From Candidatus Levyibacteriota bacterium (lineage in GTDB: Bacteria > Patescibacteriota > Microgenomatia > Levybacterales > UBA12049): a DNA stretch of 64,000 bases. The translations under genes were made by a program, and so were the position numbers. The stretch covers positions 103,517 through 167,516 of the forward strand of contig JACQHJ010000003.1 in NCBI GenBank assembly GCA_016199085.1. Reading direction: 5' to 3'. The notes under the pieces are model-generated. The model was not told the origin of the DNA, made no database searches, and saw nothing but the letters and a program-made list of their open reading frames with translations. Each line of letters opens with the position of its first letter. Position 1 is the stretch's first letter. This document shows positions 57,054 to 64,000 of this stretch, piece after piece.

Positions 57054-58097
57054 CTATTTATATTTTTCCTCTATTTCTTTGTCTTCAATAAGCTCCAGTG
57101 AATATTCAACAATTATTTTTAAGATACCAGCAATTGGAACAGCCAATAAAAGTCCTGTGATACCGGCAACATGTTCTCCCGCAATGACAGCAAACAATAT
57201 GACTAAAGGATGTAATTTTGTAATTCTTCCCATCACATGAGGATTAATCAGATAATCCTGGATTTGTCTGACAACCGTATAAGCAATAACCACTACTATT
57301 GCCGTCTGAAGCGGATCTAATCCAAAGTTTGAAGTACTCCCCATATATGCAACAACAGCCGCAACAGCTGCGGCAAGAATCGGCCCGATAATAGGAACTA
57401 TTTCGGCAAATCCTGAAAATATTGCAAGGATCAATGCGTATCTAACACCGATAATTGTTAAACAAATAAAAAGGATAAATGAGACAAGAATGACTAAAAA
57501 TATCTGACCTCTCAGGTAACTGCCGAGTATTGAATTTATTTTCTTAAGTAGAATATCTACTTCAATCTTGTATCTGTTGGGAACCAGATTTAAAAGTCTG
57601 TCAAACATTCCTCCTCCTTCTTTAAGAAAATAAAAGGCGGCAAACAGAAAGATAATAAATGTTATTATTCTTGAAAATATCTGTGGAACAAACGAATAAA
57701 TTGATGGAACCGAAACGCTTACTGATTTTTCTATCGAAGTTACCGCATCATTTAATGTTGGTCTCACCCACTGGGGAAGTGTATTAATTTGAGACTTGGC
57801 TGTTTTTGTAATTGTTGTTACCTGAGTCTTAAGCTGGGAAGATTCATCAATTACCCTTTTATATGAAACAAAGATCGTCCCTATTATTACCCCAACTATA
57901 AGTGTGTAAATGACTATTACTGATAACGTTCTTGGCACTTTAAATCTTTTATGAAGAATGTTAACAACGGGATTAAAAATGTAGGCAAATATAGCTGCGA
58001 AAATAAAAGGCGTTAAGATTTCCCTTTGTACGTAGAGAAAGAGAATTAACAAAAGACCAACTGCTAAAAAGAAAATGAACTTAAGTCTTAAAGTCAT
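57054..58097 (-). CDS. AI-2E family transporter (PerM/YhhT, UPF0118)
   Basis: 8-TM protein of typical AI-2E length with the family pattern (LLAVPIAGILKIIVE at the C-terminal end). Confidence 0.7.
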   Translation of the reverse strand: MTLRLKFIFFLAVGLLLILFLYVQREILTPFIFAAIFAYIFNPVVNILHKRFKVPRTLSVIVIYTLIVGVIIGTIFVSYKRVIDESSQLKTQVTTITKTAKSQINTLPQWVRPTLNDAVTSIEKSVSVSVPSIYSFVPQIFSRIITFIIFLFAAFYFLKEGGGMFDRLLNLVPNRYKIEVDILLKKINSILGSYLRGQIFLVILVSFILFICLTIIGVRYALILAIFSGFAEIVPIIGPILAAAVAAVVAYMGSTSNFGLDPLQTAIVVVIAYTVVRQIQDYLINPHVMGRITKLHPLVILFAVIAGEHVAGITGLLLAVPIAGILKIIVEYSLELIEDKEIEEKYK

Positions 58098-58128
58098 TAA
58101 GACTATTATAGCAAAAGTCTTTTATAAA

Positions 58129-58401
58129 TTATCTAACTGCTTTTTTAAGAGTCTTTCCCGGTGTAAATCCCGGAGCTTTTCTTGCTTCAATAGTAATTTT
58201 TTCTCCTGTTTTTGGATTTCTACCTGGTCTAGCTGCTCTTTTTCTGATACTAAATGTTCCAAAGCCTGTAATTACGACTTTTTCTCCTCTTTTAAGTGAA
58301 TCTCTAATACCGTTTAGAAATGCGGAAACAGAATCTCTAGCTGCTTTGTTGGTAAGATTTCCCTTTTTTGCTACTAACTCTACTAAATCTTTTTTGGTCA
58401 A
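58129..58401 (-). CDS. hup: DNA-binding protein HU
   Basis: MTKKDLVELVA...GFGTFSIRKRAARPGRNPKTGEKI is the HU signature. Confidence 0.9.
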   Translation of the reverse strand: MTKKDLVELVAKKGNLTNKAARDSVSAFLNGIRDSLKRGEKVVITGFGTFSIRKRAARPGRNPKTGEKITIEARKAPGFTPGKTLKKAVR

Positions 58402-58497
58402 ATTATTTCACCTCCCTGCCTTTTTGATTTAGGTTTACAATACAGTGTAATCAAGATGTTTGTCAAGAGGAAAATTGGAGAAAAATTGCGCAATCGG

Positions 58498-59022
58498 TTA
58501 TTTTTTAATTTTTTCCATTAATAAGTCACTGTATGAAACTTCTATTAGATCCTTTTCCTTAACATCAAATAGCTTAAGATACTTCTGGCATTGTATTAAT
58601 AACTTATCTTTCCCAATATTACCGTTTTTGTCTATTGCTTCAATTTCCATAAATGTCCCTAAATCCTTAACTGTATCTACGTGAAACTTTACATTTTCTA
58701 TGAAATAGATTTTTCTTTCTTTATCTACGATTACCAAAACTCCAAGTGCATTCATCAAAATATTTTTAAGTGGTGAGTTTGGAACTGTTTTGAGAAGAAT
58801 AATCTTTGATTTTTTAGGTCCTTTTTTATTTTCTCTCTCATAATAAATAAGATAATTTTCAATATTACCTTCACGTAATTTTAATCTTCCCCGAGCTACT
58901 TTAAAATATGTATCTATTTGATAATCTGTTCCTTTAAAATCCGCTTTGCATGACTTAAGAATTGACAAAATTGCCTTCGGATTACTACATCTTGCTTTAA
59001 TCTCAATATTTAAATGTTTCAT
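58498..59022 (-). CDS. CYTH-domain protein (CyaB-like class IV adenylyl cyclase / triphosphatase fold)
   Basis: N-terminal NIEIKARCSNP matches the CYTH EXEXK motif. Length is typical of CyaB. Confidence 0.65.
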   Translation of the reverse strand: MKHLNIEIKARCSNPKAILSILKSCKADFKGTDYQIDTYFKVARGRLKLREGNIENYLIYYERENKKGPKKSKIILLKTVPNSPLKNILMNALGVLVIVDKERKIYFIENVKFHVDTVKDLGTFMEIEAIDKNGNIGKDKLLIQCQKYLKLFDVKEKDLIEVSYSDLLMEKIKK

Positions 59023-59026
59023 AAGA

Positions 59027-60295
59027 TTATGAGGAATATTCTGAGGAAACAGCTCTAAATTCTCTAATTGCTGTAACCTTAATCTCTCCGGGAACTGCCA
59101 GGGCTTTACTTACTTCATCTCTTATTTTTGCAGCAAGAACCGTTGTTTCTTCATCACTTAAAGCTCCTGGATTTATTATAACTCGCAGTTCCCTACCTGC
59201 TTCAAAAGCATAAGCGTCTTCTACTCCGTCGAATTTCTTGGCGATTTCTTCCATTTGAGTAAGTCTTTTTGCATATTCTTCTATGTCTTCGTATCTTGCA
59301 CCTGGTCTTGCTCCTGAAATTGCATCTGCAATATGAACTATTACTGACTCAACTGAAGAAAATGGTTTATCTTCATGATGTTCTGCAACACAGTTTACAA
59401 TTGCTTCTGGAATATTGTGTTTTTTCAAAAACTCTACTCCCAAAGTTACATGACTTCCCTCTCCTTCAATTACTTTTCCAATGTCGTGGAATAAACAACC
59501 AAGCCTGACTATGTTTACGTCTGCTCCGATTTCTGCTGCAATGTGGACTCCGATTTTGGTGTCTTCTAATGTATGGACTATTAAATTTTGTCCAAACGAG
59601 GTTCTGAATTTAAATCTACCCAATACTGACAATATTTCCTTGGGAAGATTATAGACTCCTGCCTCATGAGCCAACTTTTCTCCTTCTTCAAACATTACTT
59701 TATCGACTTCCTGTTTTGTCTGAGTAACTATCTCTTCTATTCTGAAAGGCTGGATTCTTGTGTCTTTGATTAATTTCTCAAGGGCTCTTCTTGCAACTTC
59801 TCTTCTTACCTGGTCAAAAGATGAAAGCCTTATAATTCCCTCTTCATCTAGGTCAACGTCGACTCCTGTTGCCTGTTCGAAAGCTCTGATATTTCTTCCT
59901 TCTTTTCCGATTATCCTTCCCTTTACATCTTCATCGGTTATTTTAACAACAGAAACAGTGTATTCAGCAATGTAATCCAAGACTCCATGACGCATGCTTT
60001 CAACCAATATTTCCTGAGCTTTTCTATCTGCTGTTTTAGCAGCCTCTTCTTCTCTTTCCCGAATTATCTTTGCAACAGCAGCTACTTCCTTTTGCTCAAT
60101 GAGATCTAATAATTCTTTTTTTGCTTCCTGTGCCGTAAGGGAAGATGCTTTTTCCAAAAGCTCTTCCAGTTTGTCTTTTGTTGCCTGGAGTTTTTGTTTC
60201 TCTTTTTCTAATGCTTCTTTTTCGCTATCCAATTTCTCCTGTCTTTCAAGAAGTTTTTTTTCTAACTGGATTAAATCCTGATTGTTATCTGCCAT
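59027..60295 (-). CDS. rny: Ribonuclease Y (KH + HD domains), lacking the usual N-terminal TM anchor
   Basis: N-terminal coiled coil, a KH domain (VKITDEDVKGRIIGKEGRNIRAFEQATGVDV) and an HD domain (LFHDIGK). Confidence 0.8.
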   Translation of the reverse strand: MADNNQDLIQLEKKLLERQEKLDSEKEALEKEKQKLQATKDKLEELLEKASSLTAQEAKKELLDLIEQKEVAAVAKIIREREEEAAKTADRKAQEILVESMRHGVLDYIAEYTVSVVKITDEDVKGRIIGKEGRNIRAFEQATGVDVDLDEEGIIRLSSFDQVRREVARRALEKLIKDTRIQPFRIEEIVTQTKQEVDKVMFEEGEKLAHEAGVYNLPKEILSVLGRFKFRTSFGQNLIVHTLEDTKIGVHIAAEIGADVNIVRLGCLFHDIGKVIEGEGSHVTLGVEFLKKHNIPEAIVNCVAEHHEDKPFSSVESVIVHIADAISGARPGARYEDIEEYAKRLTQMEEIAKKFDGVEDAYAFEAGRELRVIINPGALSDEETTVLAAKIRDEVSKALAVPGEIKVTAIREFRAVSSEYSS

Positions 60296-60411
60296 AAGTG
60301 TTTAACAATAGAAGCTAGAGCTTTTATTTAAGCTCTTGTAAAGTGGATTATCGAAAAGATTAAATTTTTACTTTTCATATAACAACTTAGCTTTTTGCTC
60401 TATTGCTTGCT

Positions 60412-60933
60412 CTAATTATACCGATTTCGTATTAATTGGTCAACAACTTCTTTGATTGTATCCCAGTTAAATCCGCGGGAAGCAAGAAATCTAACGAGCT
60501 TTTCATATTGTTTTTGAGGTTCATCGTTTTTAAGTCTTGGCAATTTTTTCTTGGCAATTTTTTTTGCTTTATCCAGGTCACTTTCTGTCTCTACGGATTT
60601 ATCTTGTAATATTTCGTCAACAAGATCTTTATCTATTCCCTTTTGGGCAAGTTCTAATTTAATAAGTCTTTGTGCTTTAGGTCTAAATTTTGTTCTTTGT
60701 TCTATCCACCACTTGGAAAAATCAGTATCGTTTATGAAATTATGTTCCTTAAGGCTTTCAATAATTCTTTTAATAGTTAGATCATCTGCTTTTTTCTTAA
60801 TTAAATAGTCTCTGACTTCTTTTTCGCTTCGGGGTCTATACGACAGAAATTTATAGGATTTATTGAGGAGCTTTTCAAAATTATCCATTAAAGATTTACT
60901 CTTCTTTTGCTTCTTCCACTCCGACTTCAACAC
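60412..60933 (-). CDS. recX: RecA regulator RecX
   Basis: Immediately downstream of recA and overlapping it. The helical repeat protein has a RecX-like N-terminus ([20 protein letters not shown]). Confidence 0.75.
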   Translation of the reverse strand: MLKSEWKKQKKSKSLMDNFEKLLNKSYKFLSYRPRSEKEVRDYLIKKKADDLTIKRIIESLKEHNFINDTDFSKWWIEQRTKFRPKAQRLIKLELAQKGIDKDLVDEILQDKSVETESDLDKAKKIAKKKLPRLKNDEPQKQYEKLVRFLASRGFNWDTIKEVVDQLIRNRYN

Positions 60934-61978
60934 GAGCAGGTGTAGTTTTACTTACGGTCATTATCTGCTCAACAATCTTTTTGGCAACATCTGGTTTTTC
61001 TTTTAAGAAAGCAATTGAGGCCTGTTTTCCCTGGCCAAGCATTAATTCACCGTATCTAAAGAATGCTCCGGATTTACTAATTATTCCCATATCTACTCCA
61101 ACATCCATTATTCCGCCTTCTCTTGAAATTCCGGTGTCTCCGTAGACGTCAAATTCTGCAATTCTAAAAGGAGAGGAAACTTTGTTTTTAACAATCTTTG
61201 CTCTATGTCTACTGCCTATTACCCTGTCTCCTTCTTTAAGGCTTTCAATTTTTCGAATATCTATTCTGACTGAGGAATAAAATTTTAAAGCAAGTCCTCC
61301 TGTTGTAGTCTCGGGATTTCCAAACATGATTCCAATTTTTTGTCTTAATTGGTTTGTAAAAATAACAACTGTTTTTGATTTGGAAATTACAGCCGTTAGC
61401 TTTCTTAAAGCCTGGGACATCAGTCTTGCCTGAAGACCCATGACAGCGTCTCCCATTTCACCCTCAATTTCAGCCCTTGGGACCAAAGCTGCAACGCTGT
61501 CAATAACTAAAACATCAACTCCACCCGATCTTATCAAGCTTTCTGCAATTTCCAAAGCCTGTTCTCCCGTATCCGGCTGGGAAATTAATAAATCATCAAG
61601 CTTTATTCCAATCCTTTCAGCCCACAGCGGATCAAGTGCATGTTCTGCGTCAATAAAGGCTGCAACGCCTCCGTGTTTTTGGGCTTGGGCAATAATTGAA
61701 AGACAGACTGTAGTTTTTCCGGAAGCTTCAGGACCGTAAATTTCGATGATTCTACCCCTTGGCACTCCCCCTACCCCGAGCGCTAAATCTAAGGGAAGAC
61801 AGCCTGTGGAGATAACCGAGATATCAAGTTTTTGCCCTATGTCTCCAAACCTCATAATGGAGCCCCTACCGTATTGTTTTTCGATTTGTTCCATTGCAAG
61901 CTTGACAGCTTCCATCTTTCCGGAGGGTTGGACTTGACCGTTGGGCATCGATTTGGTTGGATTTGCAGTGCGCGCCAT
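60896..61978 (-). CDS. recA: Recombinase RecA
   Basis: Walker [10 protein letters not shown], and [10 protein letters not shown]. Canonical RecA throughout. Confidence 0.95.
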   Translation of the reverse strand: MARTANPTKSMPNGQVQPSGKMEAVKLAMEQIEKQYGRGSIMRFGDIGQKLDISVISTGCLPLDLALGVGGVPRGRIIEIYGPEASGKTTVCLSIIAQAQKHGGVAAFIDAEHALDPLWAERIGIKLDDLLISQPDTGEQALEIAESLIRSGGVDVLVIDSVAALVPRAEIEGEMGDAVMGLQARLMSQALRKLTAVISKSKTVVIFTNQLRQKIGIMFGNPETTTGGLALKFYSSVRIDIRKIESLKEGDRVIGSRHRAKIVKNKVSSPFRIAEFDVYGDTGISREGGIMDVGVDMGIISKSGAFFRYGELMLGQGKQASIAFLKEKPDVAKKIVEQIMTVSKTTPARVEVGVEEAKEE

Positions 61979-62003
61979 AGCGTGTTTATTGTAACAACTT
62001 TTT

Positions 62004-62012
62004 GTTATAATG
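62004..62012 (+). promoter_or_regulatory. Extended -10-like element (TGtTATAAT) about 19 nt upstream of the tRNA-like gene
   Basis: tgttataat read from sequence at 62004-62012. Confidence 0.35.
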
Positions 62013-62030
62013 CAATATGTAAAACCGTTA

Positions 62031-62104
62031 CGGGGAATAGCTCAGATAGATAGAGCGCGCGCATGGGGTGCGTGAGGTCGCTGGGGCGGAACCAGTTTCC
62101 CCGA
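62031..62104 (+). tRNA. tRNA-Pro(GGG)-like gene with a non-canonical D-loop (no G18G19) and T-loop (GGCGGAA instead of TTCRANY); no encoded CCA
   Basis: Manual fold of 74 nt. Acceptor stem CGGGGAA/TTCCCCG (7 bp). U8, A9. D-stem GCTC/GAGC with loop AGATAGATA. Anticodon stem CGCGC/GCGTG with loop A-T-GGG-G-T (U33, anticodon GGG, G37). Variable loop AGGTC. T-stem GCTGG/CCAGT with loop GGCGGAA. Discriminator A. Confidence 0.5.
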
Positions 62105-62177
62105 CTAATGCGATAATCTATATTTAGAGTTTACAGTTGATTAGCTAACATCTCTTATTCTAACCTCCATTTTTATG

Positions 62178-62206
62178 TTGACAAACAAAGCATATTGCAG
62201 TATATT
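62178..62206 (+). promoter_or_regulatory. Near-consensus sigma70 promoter TTGACA-N17-TATATT driving the 62233 ORF
   Basis: ttgaca at 62178-62183, a 17-nt spacer, tatatt at 62201-62206. The ORF ATG lies 27 nt downstream. Confidence 0.55.
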
Positions 62207-62232
62207 ATGGCCGTACTGTCCAATATACCTTT

Positions 62233-62829
62233 ATGGCAGATACAGAAAAAGAGCATTCACAATCGTATACAGAATTAGTCGAAGCATTTAATCAAGCTGC
62301 TAACTCATCTAACGCATTAATCTCCCAAGCCGCCGATCTACAAACTGAAGCACGGGCAAGATTTGAAGAATTGGCAGCACTCCGGGGACGAATGCTTGAG
62401 GAAAAGCTTAGACAAAGAGGATTGACTGTTTGTTCTGAAACGCCTGGAAGACATGATGAAAATCCAGACAGACCCGAAGATAGATTAGGGGTATTCCCCC
62501 AAGGAGAAATGCGGTTACTTTACGAAGCTGTTACTGTATGGGCAGGCGGACATGGATATGAACACTTAGAAAGAGATCCTGTGCTCAAACAACTATGCCC
62601 CCAACACTTTCCTACTAAAGGACTCAATCTAGTGTGGCCATCAGGACATTCTTCAGCAAAATTTGACATTCGAAGTGAAGTCGTTGAACACGACGGAAGA
62701 CTAGTAACATTGGTAAATGAAATTGATGTAACCAGTTTGCCGCCTCTAAGAAGGGGTTACACTCCTGATATGTATCGACATTTTGGCATTCCTAACTTAC
62801 CAACAACTCCACTTATTACTATTAGATAG
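62233..62829 (+). CDS. Hypothetical protein of atypical composition (GC-richer, Arg/Glu-rich), likely horizontally acquired; function unknown
   Basis: 198-aa ORF whose codon and base composition differ visibly from all neighbours (many CGN/GCN/CCN codons). N-terminal helical, coiled-coil-like segment. No motif recognised. Flanked by the tRNA-like gene and the strong promoter. Confidence 0.5.
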   Translation: MADTEKEHSQSYTELVEAFNQAANSSNALISQAADLQTEARARFEELAALRGRMLEEKLRQRGLTVCSETPGRHDENPDRPEDRLGVFPQGEMRLLYEAVTVWAGGHGYEHLERDPVLKQLCPQHFPTKGLNLVWPSGHSSAKFDIRSEVVEHDGRLVTLVNEIDVTSLPPLRRGYTPDMYRHFGIPNLPTTPLITIR

Positions 62830-62914
62830 AGTCTGTTCAAGGCTTATCGCTTCTACCAGATACTGAAATTTAAATTGCTTTTTAGGCCTATTTTGGCTAT
62901 AATCAACTCTACTT

Positions 62915-63667
62915 ATGATTTCACTCAGCCGTAAAAAAATGGATATTTACAGTGCGTTCCCGACGCTTAAATCAATTCCAAAGGAAAGCTTTCCCCAGTT
63001 TATTTTCATAATTCCTGACGGAAACAGAAGATATGCAAGGGAAAATGGAAAGTCCGTTCTTTGGGGGCATAAAAAAGGGCTTGACGTATGTATTTATCTT
63101 CTAAGAAGTATGAGACCGCTTCCTGTAAAAGTTGTGGGATTTTGGGGATTTTCTTCTGATAACTGGAAGAGAAATGAAAGAGAGATAAAAGGACTCATGA
63201 GTCTTTTTGAGTTATTTCTTACTAAGTATGTTGGAGAATTAATGGAGAACAATTCCAGATTCCTTCATCTTGGAAGAAGAGATAGATTACCAAAAAGATT
63301 AGTAGATAAAATTATAGAGGTTGAACAAAAAACCAGCAAGAATACCGGACAAATTGTTTGTGCAGCTTTAGATTTTGGAGGCGAAGATCAAATGATTAGA
63401 ATATTAAATAAAGCAAGACAGCTAGATAAAAATATTGAAATAACACCAGAACTATTGCATTCCTTAAGAGATGGGAATGGCCTAGTTCCATCAGCAGATT
63501 TGATTATTAGAACTTCCGAAATTAGGACATCGGATTTAGGATGGATTAATGGTAAAAATACTGTGCTTTATTTTATTCCTGAAAAGTATTTTCCAGATAT
63601 GGATAATGGTGACGTAGTAAAAGGCATTGAATTTTTCTATCAAACTGAAAGAAGACAAGGTAAATAA
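62915..63667 (+). CDS. uppS: cis-Prenyltransferase (undecaprenyl diphosphate synthase family)
   Basis: FIIPDGNRRYA (cf. IIMDGNGRWA), FSSDNWKRNEREI and IRTSEIRTSD are UppS-family motifs. The start may be the internal MDIYSAF. Confidence 0.8.
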   Translation: MISLSRKKMDIYSAFPTLKSIPKESFPQFIFIIPDGNRRYARENGKSVLWGHKKGLDVCIYLLRSMRPLPVKVVGFWGFSSDNWKRNEREIKGLMSLFELFLTKYVGELMENNSRFLHLGRRDRLPKRLVDKIIEVEQKTSKNTGQIVCAALDFGGEDQMIRILNKARQLDKNIEITPELLHSLRDGNGLVPSADLIIRTSEIRTSDLGWINGKNTVLYFIPEKYFPDMDNGDVVKGIEFFYQTERRQGK

Positions 63668-63685
63668 CTACTCCTTTCTATTTAT

Positions 63686-64000
63686 ATGTATGACCTAAAA
63701 CAGTTTAAGGAGATATTTGACCCTATATTAAACAATTTTGTTGATAAAAAAACTGAAGGTTTCCAAAAAAATACAAACGATGTCTTTATAAAAGATTTCG
63801 TCTTGTATTCCAAAAACCTAATTACAGGTGGAGGCAAAAGAATTAGGCCATACATTACCTATCTTACCTACAAATCCTTCGGGGGTACAAATGAAAAAGA
63901 AATAATGAATATTCTTCTAAGTCTGGAACTTTTCCATAATTTTTGCCTTATTCATGATGATGTTATGGACAAAGGCAAAACTCGCCATGGGCAAACAACA
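63686..64000 (+). CDS. trans-Polyprenyl diphosphate synthase (IPPS family), 5' partial, continues beyond window
   Basis: First aspartate-rich motif LIHDDVMD (DDxxD), with upstream GGKRIRP. Translated by hand from ATG at 63686. The window ends mid-gene. Confidence 0.8.
   Translation, partial: MYDLKQFKEIFDPILNNFVDKKTEGFQKNTNDVFIKDFVLYSKNLITGGGKRIRPYITYLTYKSFGGTNEKEIMNILLSLELFHNFCLIHDDVMDKGKTRHGQTT

Noticed and set aside
62031-62104. Tested whether the tRNA-like element folds on the minus strand or with an alternative T-arm register
   Set aside because: The reverse complement has no D-arm/T-arm symmetry. Shifting the T-stem breaks the 7-bp acceptor stem. The plus-strand fold with atypical loops is the only consistent cloverleaf.
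1-64000. Searched by eye for CRISPR-like regularly spaced repeats, IS/transposase or integrase genes, and phage structural genes
   Set aside because: None found. The only repetitive DNA is codon-level repeats inside coding regions: the ftsE tail, the TP linker at about 13355-13550, and the Pro-rich N-terminus of the SBP at about 48650-48800.

Overview
This window is AT-rich (roughly one-third GC by eye) and very gene-dense, with frequent 4-bp ATGA start/stop overlaps. It looks like a small-genome bacterium, possibly from a reduced-genome lineage, though amino-acid biosynthesis operons are present. Content in order: (1) A cell-envelope glycan cluster: an ArnT/PMT-like GT-C transferase (partial), a GT2-GtrA fusion, UDP-xylose synthase, Gmd and an Rmd-like reductase, Ugd, RmlD/RmlB/RmlC, two GT2 genes and a CAP-domain protein. 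(2) The t6A genes tsaB (truncated), tsaC and tsaE, with tsaD further on. (3) A predicted division operon: a hypothetical gene, ftsE, ftsX and a PcsB-like coiled-coil hydrolase whose catalytic domain is C39-like. (4) prfB, mntH, uppP, and an MGMT-like alkyltransferase domain protein. (5) serC plus a fused SerB-SerA protein; secA; serS; rdgB; and a class-I lysS. (6) A tightly overlapped lysine operon asd-dapA-dapB-lysC-lysA-dapL (DapL route), then tdh-kbl. (7) A two-subunit ATP-citrate lyase (aclB/aclA). (8) greA, an orphan solute-binding protein, VanW, an HldC-like adenylyltransferase, a DUF192 protein, tsaD, rmuC and a cupredoxin-like protein. (9) A 964-aa UvrD-type helicase fused to a C-terminal nuclease, followed by an unannotated RNase P RNA (rnpB). 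(10) An AI-2E transporter, HU, a CYTH protein, RNase Y, recX-recA. (11) An atypical tRNA-Pro(GGG)-like gene, and directly beside it a GC-richer, Arg-rich ORF of unknown function driven by a near-perfect sigma70 promoter. (12) A UppS-like cis-prenyltransferase and a partial trans-polyprenyl synthetase at the right edge. No CRISPR array, transposase or integrase was seen. The best candidates for something undescribed are the odd tRNA plus foreign ORF at 62.0-62.9 kb, the GT-C/GT2-GtrA/UXS/Ugd lipid-linked pentose module, the FtsEX-associated C39-like hydrolase, and the standalone helicase-nuclease. All calls rest on reading the translated ORFs and the raw sequence by eye. No database search was run.
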